Below, piece by piece: positions 22,127-34,300 of a stretch of DNA of 38,552 nucleotides. Origin of the DNA: Octopus bimaculoides. Its lineage: Eukaryota. A program made the position numbers and the translations under genes. Below the pieces are notes generated by a model that made no database searches, was not told the DNA's origin, and worked only from the letters and a program-made list of their open reading frames with translations. The stretch lies in NCBI RefSeq assembly GCF_001194135.2, contig NC_068997.1, forward strand, positions 8,301,500 to 8,340,051, read 5' to 3'. Numbering within the stretch: position 1 is the stretch's first letter; each line of letters begins with the position of its first letter.

Positions 22127-25100
22127 TATTTTGCCTCATGTCTGCTCTGATTAAAGAAACCTATGATAAAAATGGGTGTTCTAGCAGTAACCGTTTTGTC
22201 ATTTAGCATGCAAGGGACTACATTGCTCGATGTATCCATCTGTATTTAAGACATTAAGGTGTGATTTGAGAGAGAGATGTGGCTATTATTTTTAGCAGAT
22301 CAAGCAACTGTGAAAAGGCTGCCTCAAAGGGCCCATACCCTATTCCCAGATTTGTAGGAGTAAGCTATATTTTCTTTCCTCCATTGTCTGGTTGACATTT
22401 TTTGCTATTTATATTGTGATGTTGATTTATTAATTTTTTTTTTATTTAAAGCAAAATACCACACTGAAAGATCAAGTGGACAAACAGAAGCAAGAAATTA
22501 CTGATCTAAACGAAAATGTCAAATTATTATTTAATGAAAAAGATGAAGCAGTTGGCAAATGTAAATTATTGGAAGAAGAAAAAGAAATGTATAAGGTATA
22601 TTTTGAGGATACACCTGTATTTCTGAGTTGTTGCCAAAGCATTTTGTCCTTTCCTAACTATTACTTTCATTTAAATCTATATAAAAAAATTCAAAGTATA
22701 ATCTTTTGATATTTAAAAGTTTGAAATTAAGTATTGCTATTAAGATTGGAATTTTTTTAGATAATTAATTTAGTCTTTTGCTTATATACAGTATTTACAT
22801 TTATAGTATGTTTTTATCAGTACATTTACCTATGATCATAGGGTGGCTTTTTTTGTTTTTGAGCAAATAAAGATGCTATTACCTTTCATTTAGAATTAAA
22901 AGTACTTAGTTTGAAATCAACTTGGGATAATGTATGTATTCAAGAATTCGATAATTTGATGAGCATAAAGGCTTCTTTGTTGGTACATCTATTAGTCGAA
23001 GAATAAAGATAGTCTTCTGCTGTCTTTGTGCATGTTTGTGAAAAGTAATTGGTTATTAATTTGTAAATGATATTAGAAATAAAGTTTGTACACTTATAAA
23101 AACATCTTGTAACGTATGTAAAAGTGGAAAAAGAAAATACTCACAAAAATTTCAATATATTACTGTTTTTTTTTTTTTTTTACTCTTTTACTCTTTTACT
23201 TGTTTCAGTCTTTTGACTGTGGCCATGCTGGAGCACCACCTTTAGTCGAGCAAATCGACCCCAGGACTTATTCTTTAGAAGCCTAGTACTTATTCTATCG
23301 GTCTCTTTTGCCGAACCGCTAAGTTACGGAGACATAAACACACCAGCATCGGTTGTCAAGCGATGGTGGGGGGACAAACACATACATATATATATATACA
23401 TATATACGACGGGCTTCTTTCAGTTTCCATCTACCAAATCCACTCACAAGGCTTTGGTCGGCCCGAGGCTATAGTAGAAGACACTTGCCCAAGATGCTAC
23501 GCAGTGGGACTGAACCCGGGACCATGTGGTTAGTAAGCAAGCTACTTACCACACAGCCATTCCTACGCCTATTAGATTATTAATTTTATATAAAATTTAA
23601 ATAAAGTGAACACAGGATTATTTCTTTATTTGCATTTCTTTTCTAAAATTTAGTCTCAGCTCTCTAATCGGGAACAATCTGTATTTGAAACCCAAGAAGA
23701 AACAGAAAAGCTGCGCAAAGCTCTGAAAGACATGGCAGTAAGCAAAGATCGATGTGAAAGAGAGCTTGCTGTATGTTATAGAAAAGCTCAAATGGAGGAC
23801 CCATTATTAATTTCCAAAAAGGTAAATGTTTTTTTCATTTAAACAGTTGTATGTAAGTTTGTAATGCACCATCAGAATATTATTGTTATTATTAAGGTAG
23901 CAAGCAAGGAGAATCATTAGCTCATGGGACAAAATGCTTAGTAGTATTTCTTCCATCTTCATATTCTGAGTTCAAATTCTGCAAAAGTCAGCTTTGCTTT
24001 TCATCCTTCTAACATCAAGGAAATATATACTTGTCATCTACTGGTGGAAGTTGATGAAATCAATGAGCCCTTTTCTCCAAAATTTCAGGCTTTGTGCCTA
24101 GAGTAGAAAAGGTTGTTGTTTCTCACAAAATTCACTGTTTTGTTTGCTCCTGCTCTACAAATGTGAAAAGTCAGAAGGACCCTCTTTACTCTGTTGCAGG
24201 TTTGAACTGTGAGGTTGAAGAACCTTTCTTTATCTTGAAATCTCTGTCAGTTTTAGTATTTCACTCCATCACTGCATACAGTACTGAACTGTACTTCCTC
24301 ATGAAACCTATTAACCTATTACAAGTGAGCATTTGAGCATCTTCTGTTGTGGCTATAGAACCTGTGTAGTCAGAGATAAGATAAAGCTGTCAACTCTTTG
24401 CTTGGGACAACACTCTATTATCTAAATCTATAACTTTGATTTGATATTTTTTTAAACTACATAGTGTTGAATATCAAAGTAAGAGGCAATATTATTCTTG
24501 TTCTTGTCATTATTCCCTTTGTTTATTCCTTTTCATTTTCAACTCTAAAGGAAGAAATTACAAGACTCGGAGAAAAATTGAGAAACTCGGAAGACAAGTT
24601 GTCTGCTGCTGAAAGCACCAAAGAAATGTTGCAAAAAGAACTGTCAGCATATGAAGTGACTCTTGTGAAAATGTCTGCTGATTTGGAAGTAAGTTAAACC
24701 TTATGTTGCTGGTGAGAATTGCTTAGATTCTTTATAACCTTGGGGATTACACGCACACACACACACGCACGCACGCACACACGCACGCACACACACACAC
24801 ATGCATATGTACATACATACGTGTGTATACATCCATGTGCATGGTTTGTGTTTTTCTCAAGTTTTGCCTGCTGTTAGATTAGCCAGTCAATAACTTTTTA
24901 TGTGGCTATGCAGCATTTATTAATTTAAGACTACAAAAAGATATTCTTTTCACATGTCCTGAGACATGAATTAAATGTAGAATTTAATTCTTCTTATTCC
25001 ATTACAATTTTACTTGCAATTCTGTTTAATTTCAATGTTTACTCTTTTACTCTTTTACTTGTTTCAGTCTTTTGACTGTGGCCATGCTGGAGCACCGCCT

Positions 25101-25264
25101 TTGGTCGAGCAAATCGACCCCAGGACTTATTCTTTAGAAGCCTAGTACTTATTCTATCAGTCTCTTTTGCCGAACCGCTAAGTTACGGGGACATAAACAT
25201 ACCAGCATCGGTTGTCAAGTGATGTTGGGGGGACAAACACAGACACACAAAGACATACACACAC

Positions 25265-25303
<39 letters not shown>

Positions 25304-25322
25304 NNNNNNNNNNNNNNNNNNN

Positions 25323-25363
<41 letters not shown>

Positions 25364-27649
25364 TACGACGGGCTTCTTTCAGTTTCCATCTACCAAATCC
25401 ACTCACAAGGCTTTGGTCGGCCCGAGGCTATTGTAGAAGACACTTGCCCAAGATGCCACGCAGTGGGATTGAACCCTGGACCATGTGGTTGGTAAGCAAG
25501 CTACATACCACACAGCCACTCCTACGCCTAGATAACAAATATTTCTTCCTTTACAAAATCCAATATCAATTTCATCTGAATGATGGCTGAAAAAAAATCC
25601 TTTCCATCGTAATCAGAATTCATTAAATTTAAACTTCCAAAAATCGAGCTGAAATCTTCCTTGTCAGGCAAGTTTGACTCTGTTGTTCAAACATCATCAG
25701 AATCAAGCAGTGTTACTTTCACTTTCTAGTATACAGTGTATTTGTGTCATCTTCTTCAGGTTAGCAGTTACATGTTTTGCTTAAAGTGCAGAGTAGTGTG
25801 GAGGATTCATAGTTTAAATTTCTTTTCTAGCACCTTCTTACTGTTAAAAAGAATTTATGGCTGACACAATGATTTTTTTTTTGATTTTTCTCCTTTTTTC
25901 ATTCAATTAGACAGCCAGAGGAGAGTCTCTCACCTTGAAAGCACAAATGGATAAAATGTCTAAAGACTTTCAAGAATTCAAAGTACTTAAAAAGGAGGAA
26001 ATTGACAAACTTACAGAGGTAATTTTAGTTATTCCATTCTTCTTAGGTTTTTATTATTTACTTTTGACAGCATTTATTTTCCAATTTAAAGATTATGCTA
26101 ATAATAATTCAAAACAAATTTTGGATTAACCAATTTCATTTGAAGAACAGCTACAAGTACAGTTCATCATCATCATCGTTGTCACCATCTTAACTTGGGT
26201 TGGAGGGAGTTTTTATTGAGGCAGATTCATCTATGGCCAAATGCCTTGCTGTTGTCAAACCTTTCCTTTTTTCCAAGCAAAGTAATATTTTCTTGTGGCC
26301 AGACACATTTTCACGGAATATTGAAAATGAATGATACAGCTTATATGACAGTGACATTCAGTTACAGCTATCACACCATATCAAGGCAAGGAGGCACAAA
26401 CTTAATATGCATGCACGCACTGGGATTCTTTCAGTTTCCATCTATCAAATCCACATTCAATACTTTGGTTGGCCTGGGGCTATAATAGAAGACACTTGCC
26501 AAGGTGCCATTGCAGTGGAACTGAACCTGAAACCATGTGGTTAGGTAACAAACTTCTTAACCTCATAACCACACCTTTTCCTAGCTATGGAAAATTGTAA
26601 AAATAAAATAGTTGTAAATATTTTGGCAGTCTTGTGTGATTTAAAGATCAATGATTACTTAGTTTTGGCTTCTTGATATTAAGTAGATAAGAGAGAAATA
26701 TTTTCCTAGTTATAAGGTTTTGAACTGTGCTTGTTTCTGCCTCAACTGACTTTGGGACCTGCTTCTGCTTGGCATTTGTGTGTTTTACAGTAAGCTGAAT
26801 ATCCAGCTACAGAAGTACTTAGCCCATTTTTGCTATGGAAAAATGTTTCTAGATTTATTTTAAAAAAAGAAATTTTTTTTTCTGTATATTTCCTACATTT
26901 TAAATTATTGTTTATTAGAAACAAATGTTTTACGATTACATGTTTTACTCTTCAATGTGTGTATTTTTCTTTCAGGCCAATGAAAACCTTAAGACAGAAG
27001 CAAGCAATTTATTACCTCCTCAGTCGATCTACCATTTGCAGAAAGCACAAGAAACTTTGAAGGAGAGATATGCTAAATTGCATAAACAGAATCAAGAATT
27101 GTCATCACGCAATGAGGAGCTCACTAACAAACTTGTAAGTAACCATTAGAATATATATATATATATATATTATTTCATATATATATGTTTTGCCTTTGTG
27201 AGTTCCAAGTACTACTACCTGTTGGAGTTTTCGCACTTTAGCTGCTATTTCTGAACTTCGGTATGTGGTGAAGCAACTGTTGCTGATCCCTTAATTATGT
27301 TTATATATATAATTTTTTTTGTCTGGCCGTAAAGCCTTTTCTGTTTGTTTTCCTGTCTTGTTTTTTGTCCGCCACTACATTCCTCCATGGCTAGATTTAC
27401 TTTGCGTATACAAATTTAATCTGCGGTCCATGGGAAGAGCCGTTTTAACGATGCGTCCTGCCCAAGCTCGTTGAAACGCCGGTGTTAAAACGTGGGTAGC
27501 TGATGAAGTAGAATGTTCTCTATGTGGCTCGTGTGTTCTCGTCTACGTTTGTTTGCAATGTCCTGTACCCAGATATGCACCTATACATACAGGTGGATAT
27601 CGGTATGCACATACCTGTACGTATATATGCATATACTCATTTACTATTT

Positions 27650-27694
<45 letters not shown>

Positions 27695-28012
27695 TGTGTG
27701 ATTTAATGGATAGGATATTTAGCTCATGATTGTAAAGTCACAAGTTTGATTTCCAGTGAGAATTTGTCCTTGAGCAAGACACTTTATTTCACGTTACTCC
27801 AGTCCACTTAGCTGACAAAATTGAGTTGTACCTGTAATTCAAAAGGGGCCAGCCTTGTCACACTGAATCTCCTTGAGAACTACATTAAGGGTGTGTGTTT
27901 GTAGAGTGGTCAGCCATTTGCATGTTAATTTCACATGTTGGCTATTCTGTTGATTGGATCAGCTGGAACACTCATTGTAAATACCAGTTTTTCTCATTCA
28001 TATGTATGTGTT

Positions 28013-28048
<36 letters not shown>

Positions 28049-31000
28049 ATCACTGTATTAGTAGTAACATTGATAATAAATCTGATGTGAAGCAATGATA
28101 AACATACTGGATTACATGTCTTATAGTATTTAGTTTACTATGGATTCAAGTTCAGGATCAACTTCACACTTTTGCTCATTTTGAAGGGGCCAGTAACACA
28201 TGTAGCTCACAGGATTTAATTCATTCACCTGTGCCTTACCTCCACAAAAAAAAAAAAAATTGACCTTGTGCATTGAAATGAAAAAAAAAAAGAAATCATC
28301 ATCATCATCATCGTTTAACGTCCGCTTTCCATGCTAGCATGGGTTGGACGATTTAACTGAGGACTGGTGAAACCAGATGGCTACACCAGGCTCCAATCTG
28401 ATTTGGCAGAGTTTCTACAGCTGGATGCCCTTCCTAACGCCAACCACTCAGAGAGTGTAGTGGGTGCTTTTACGTGCCACCTGCACGAAGGCCAGTCAGG
28501 CAGTACTGAATAATTAATAAATCCAAAAACACTGAGAGGGATGTTGTTGGGCCTGGGAAATATTTGTGTGACAATGGCTGTAGGTCTTTATAACAAACCT
28601 TGCACTAAAAATATCAGATGTGAAATATCAGCAGCTGAGAAGCAACTCTTACCATGGATTGGACACCAGTCTGTGAAAGTTTATGCATTTGATTTCAATG
28701 TTTGAAGTTATGTGCACCCTCCCCCTCCCACCCCAATAATCTGCTGTAAATTTTGATTATTGTCTTGATGATAGTTTGGCTAATGTTATTTAATATTCAT
28801 TTTTGTGCAGTCTTCTTTAAATATCCAGAACAGAGAACTTGTGAATGAACGTGAAGGATGGCAACTTCGAGTTAAAAAGTGTTCTGAAGAATACAAGAAG
28901 TTATATTCAGAAAATCAAAAGAGCATAAAGAAAATTGAGAAATTAAGTAAGTATTTTCATTTTATCTGCTTGTTCCTTGAGGCAAGACTAGTTGTAACCT
29001 GCTTCATTTTGTAAGACTGAGCTGGCAGTTTTTGCTGTAGTTTGTGGACAGAATAATTTCCAATTCTTCTGGGCCAATAGTTTTATTAATACTTACGTTG
29101 ATTATGATTGGAAATTTTCTTTTTAAAATGTTATTTATACCTCTTTTGTGTTAATATTGAATTTGTTGAAATTTGAATGATTTCATAGTGAAATGCAAAG
29201 CTGATGCTAGTAAGACTTGAAATTCCCTTTTGGGATTGTTTTGCCTTTCAAATTTCTGTGATTCATAAAGTAATTATTATTAGTAATGTAATTGAATTGG
29301 TTTTAATTAACTCAGCCTATTCCATACAGGAATCTAAATGACTGAAAAAGAAGTGTCAGTGCTTAAGTTTTGATTTCAAATCCCATCAAAGCTGTGTTTA
29401 CTTTTTCCATTTGTAACCCTAACAATTGCCTGTAGGATTGCAAGAGTGATTTCCCATTAGTTGTTTTGCTGCCAAAGATAAACAGCTGTTATAATTCAAA
29501 ACAATTTTAAATTGCTGTAACTTACACCTATTACCATTATTGCCGTTGTATGAAACAAGTATTCTGTCAGTATATAGTTACATTTCTCTATGCTCTGTGT
29601 TCATATTCTTCTGGGGATAACTATGCCTTTCATCTCTCTGGTGTTGCTTATAGAAATACTATCATGTGCTTTATTTGATTTAACAGAATTCATTGCTAAA
29701 TATTTGGACCTCATATCATCATCATCATCGTTTAACGTCTGCTTTCCATGCTGGCATGGGTTGGTTGATTTGACTGAGGACTGGCGAGCCAGATGGCTGT
29801 ACCAGACTTCAATCTCATCTGGCAGAGTTTCTACTGCTGGATGCCCTTCCTAACGCCAACCACTCCGAGAGTGTAGTGGGTGCTTTTACGTGCCACTGGC
29901 ACAAGAGCCAGTCAGGCGGTTCCGGCAATGGCCACGCTCAAATGGTGTTTTTTTACACGCCATCTGCACAGGATCCAGTCCAGCGACACTGGCAATGACC
30001 TTGCTCAAATATATTTCATGTGCCAGTAAGGCGACGCTGGTAATGATCATGCTCAAATAGTGCTAATGAAAGAAATCATTGTTGTATATCCCAGTGACAG
30101 ATATTCTTTGATACATTTGTAATTCACTATACATCACTGGCATTGTTACTAAATTATCTATGATTATGTGGATAGTTCAGCTTATGTGTAAAAATTATTT
30201 TTAAAGAGACAGCAATAGTAGAAAAGTCATGAACACATTTTGAGGATATAGAATCATAGATTTCATAAGCACAAGTTTTAGGGATTCTGATGTGAATGTT
30301 GTAGTTGTAAGTAAAAGGAAAATAATAGGAAAATCTGAAGCAGTTGTAGAAGTCCCAAAATGATATCAGTAAACTAGTGTTATGAAGCTGACTTGGTTAA
30401 TGCATTTTTAGTAAAGTGTTGCTGCTGGTAAAGCTAGCAACCAAAGAGGATTCTTATCTTGATACAGATCCTGTAGTCTGTCTGTTGTCAGTAGATACAG
30501 TGATAAGTACAGAACAGACACTGTGAAGTTGTATACTATTTTATCAGCTTACAGTGTTATGCTCAAGTTTAGTTCCTACTGACAAGTTAGTGGCGGGAGT
30601 AGGTAAACTGAGTTGGGGACCTGGTTTAAGTTTTTGGTTGTTGCTAAAGCTTTTGGCAATGAAATGGGCTTTGCTCCTTATGTTTCCTGACTTCACAATT
30701 TTAAGCTTTGTATGTACCTGAACAAAACTGTGGGAAACCAATTCAAAATATTTGTAAACAAAGATTCTGAAAGTTGGAAATATAATGTTTTAAACAAAAG
30801 ATATCTGAAAATTGCAACTGGATGTGAAAACAGTAATGAGTTATAATTTATTAGCATAAAGTTGAGCCTTTCACTGCAAGAAATATTTATAATTAACATT
30901 TATTATTATTTTCGTTTTTTTAACAATCATTATTCAGAAAGTGCCAAGCATACTTTATCCGAGACCACAAATGACACTTCCTCGAGTGGTGGTGCTCAGT

Positions 31001-31253
31001 CTGCCATTGAGAACGTCACCACCGATGACAACAGCTCCACAATAGAAATGCTGGAAAAGCAGTTGTTACACCAGAAAAACTGGGCAATGGAATATAAAGC
31101 ACGGAATAATGAGCAAGAAAAAGAAATGAAGTCTATGAAGAAAAACTACAGTGAGAAAATAAAGGAATTAGAAGAGAAGTTGGCAGCCAAAGAGAAACAC
31201 CATGTTAAATCATCTTCAAAATCCGGTTCTAAGGTTTGTGAATGGCCTCTCTC

Positions 31254-31284
<31 letters not shown>

Positions 31285-31303
31285 CTCTATAATTCATTTA
31301 ATA

Positions 31304-31335
<32 letters not shown>

Positions 31336-34300
31336 AATAACAAAAGTACAGATAGAGAAAATCACATGTTTAATTGTAGAATTCCTCCCTTATAAAGCTA
31401 ACAGTTGTTTCTGTTGTGTTAACATATTTAGATACAGAAAATATCACCGAAATTAATATTTCAGAAAATACATGTTAACACGTTTCCAAGGTGATCCAAA
31501 ATTTATTAAATTCAAAGTGAACACTCACATACACACAAATGATATTATCTAAATCTATTTTGTGTACAAAATTTTTAGACAATCTCAAATTCAATTAATA
31601 ATACATTTAATCTTTTCTTCCTTTTTAAAAATTGTTTTCTTAGAACAAAAAGTTATCAGCTTCCAAAAATACACCAGTAACAGCATCAAGATCAAAGCCT
31701 GCTGCTGCGTTCCCTACGTTACCTGGGCAACATTCTCCTCTGTTGTACGGAAATCCATATGCCAGCCCATCACATGATCACAGCAAACCTGGTTATCCTG
31801 CACGCCTGGTTCAAATACCGATGCCTAATTTCTGTGAAACACCAGACACTAAGCCATTTGACCCAATAGCCACTGAGAATACCATAGAGAAATCTTCGAC
31901 GGAAAATTTGCCGCTCCCTATAGAACCGACTGTTCTACCTTCTGCTAAAGCAGCAGCAGTAAAAGCAGCTTGTTCAACAAATGGTAAGTTGTTGTTGTTG
32001 TTCCTCCTCCTCATCATCATAATCATTGTCATCATTATCAACATCATTTAATGTCCATTTTCCATGTTGGCACGGGATGGATGATTTGACAAGAGTTTGC
32101 AAGCTGGAGAGCTGCACCATGGTTCACTTGTCTGTTTTAGCATGGTTTCTATGGCTGGATGCCCTTCCTAACACCAACCATTCTACAGAGTGTACTGGGT
32201 GCCTTTTATGTGTCACCGGCATGGGTGGCATTTACATGTCACTGGCAGTAGGTCATGACTGCAATTTCGCTGAGCTTGATGTGTCTTCTCAAGCATAGCA
32301 AATTGCCAGAAGTCTTGGTCATGTGTCATTGCCTGTGTGAGGCTCAACATCCGAAGATCACATTTCACCACCTTGTATTTCTGGGTCTATCTCTTACACA
32401 GGTTCTTTCCTCAGTTAGAGATCAGCACTTTCTTACTCTGTTCCTATGCATCACTGGTCATACCATCTCCAAAAGATTAAAAAAAAAAAAAAAAGAAAAG
32501 AAAATTCAAAAGTTTCCAATTTGTGAGGTGATACTTATGGTCTTCCTAATCATCAACTGACCAACATTGGTTTCTGTTTGTTGCCGGTCACAAATTTATC
32601 TGTAGAGGCAGGACTGTATGGTCAAGAATCTTGCTTTGCAGTTACATGGTTTTCAGTTTAGTCCCACTGCACAGCTCCTCGAGCCCCAAGCTGACCAATG
32701 CCTTGTGATTGAATTTGGCTGATGGAAACTGTGANNNNNNNNNNNNNNNNNNNNNNNNNNNNNNNNNNNNNNNNNNNNNNNNNNNNNNNNNNNNNNNNNN
32801 NNNNNNNNNNNNATATATATATATATATATATATATACTTGTGTGTTCCCTGTCCCCCATTACAACTTGACAGCCAATGATGCTTTGTTTATGTCCCCAT
32901 AACCTAACGATTTGACAAAAGAGATTGATAGAAGTACCAAACTGAAAGATGGGTGCTGGGGTCAGTGTGTTTTACTAAAATCCCTTCATGGCACTGCTCC
33001 AGCATAGTTGCAGGCCAATGACTGAAATAAGGATAAAAGATGCAGTTAAAAATGCAGCTATTTTAATTTCAGTTTCCTTCAAAAACATCATTACATTTGC
33101 AACGCTGACTTCCATTTTTGTTTTGTCCCCTCATTATTTATTCATTTATTTTTTTCTTCCACAGTTGCCTGCATCAAAATCTGTTGTACATCTTTGAATC
33201 AATCCCTGATTTACTTCACCACTCACTCCATCACTAATTTATTTCATTGTAAAGACTTATCTCCCTTACTAACGCATCCCCACTCTCTTGTGCTGGAAGT
33301 TTACTAAAAGTGTTTGAAACATGCAAAAGACATTAATAATGTTTTTTTTTTCTTATTATTTTATATCTTATTTATTCCACAGATAAACCTGCTACTGAAC
33401 TCCCTGTTCATTTATTTGAACGCACTGATTCCGTTCATGATGGAATTGAACAGTAAGTATCACAAACTTCATTAATTTTTTTAATTATCAACAATGATAA
33501 TAGAATGTTTATTAGTGGACTTTTCTTCTACTGACTACAAATAGTATATCTTACTATTTTTTATGGTTGTTGCTTATCAATGCTTGTCTAAATGATTGCA
33601 GATAGTCCCAGTTGATCACTCTGTCTACAGTGAATTAAACCTGTAGATTTACTGATTTGGAAAGATATGATTACGATTAAGGTAGTGCTTAACCCTTTTG
33701 AAACCAAGGCGCTCGAGACTGCGCTGGCTTTATGGTACAAACCTCTTGTTTAAAAGTGATTTAAATCAACACTTTCCATCGAAGTTTCATGTTAAGTTAT
33801 GTTCCAAGCATCAAATGAATAATGATGAAATTATTTTATTAAATTCTTCATTACTTTCAAAATAATTAATATAAAGGCAATACTGAAAAATGGTAAGTTC
33901 AGTGTTAAAGAAAAACCCAAGGAACTTGTGGTTTTTAAGGGAAATTGGAGCATGTGGCAGTTACTTTTTCAAAAGATGTCTGTAGTGTAAGTGGAGGGGG
34001 ATGTAAGAGGGTTTCAGATGAAAATAACAACAACAAAAAGAAATGTCTTATTTTGACACAAGGCTGTAGAATTTTAGGAAAGGAGTAATTAGGGATAATT
34101 GCCTGGGTATATGTAGCGAGTGATGAACAAGGGTGTTGGTAGGGTTGATGGAAAATATTAATGTGGAGGGGGAAGAGAGAGAAGTAAAAGTGGTGGCAAC
34201 AAGGAAGCTGGTATGTACAGTGACCAAGATGGAGGTTAGAGGTACATAAGAGTGGAGGTAGTGAGTGAGGTAACAATGGAGGTGGGTATCAAGGGTGGAT

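Noticed and set aside
16272-25529. Near-identical ~400-bp repeats as a possible CRISPR or tandem array
   Set aside because: They are dispersed SINE copies separated by kilobases, with no regular repeat-spacer period and no cas genes.
27430-27520. GAAAC...GTT...CTGATGA as a type II hammerhead
   Set aside because: Stem III can pair but stem I and stem II cannot; kept only as probable repeat debris.
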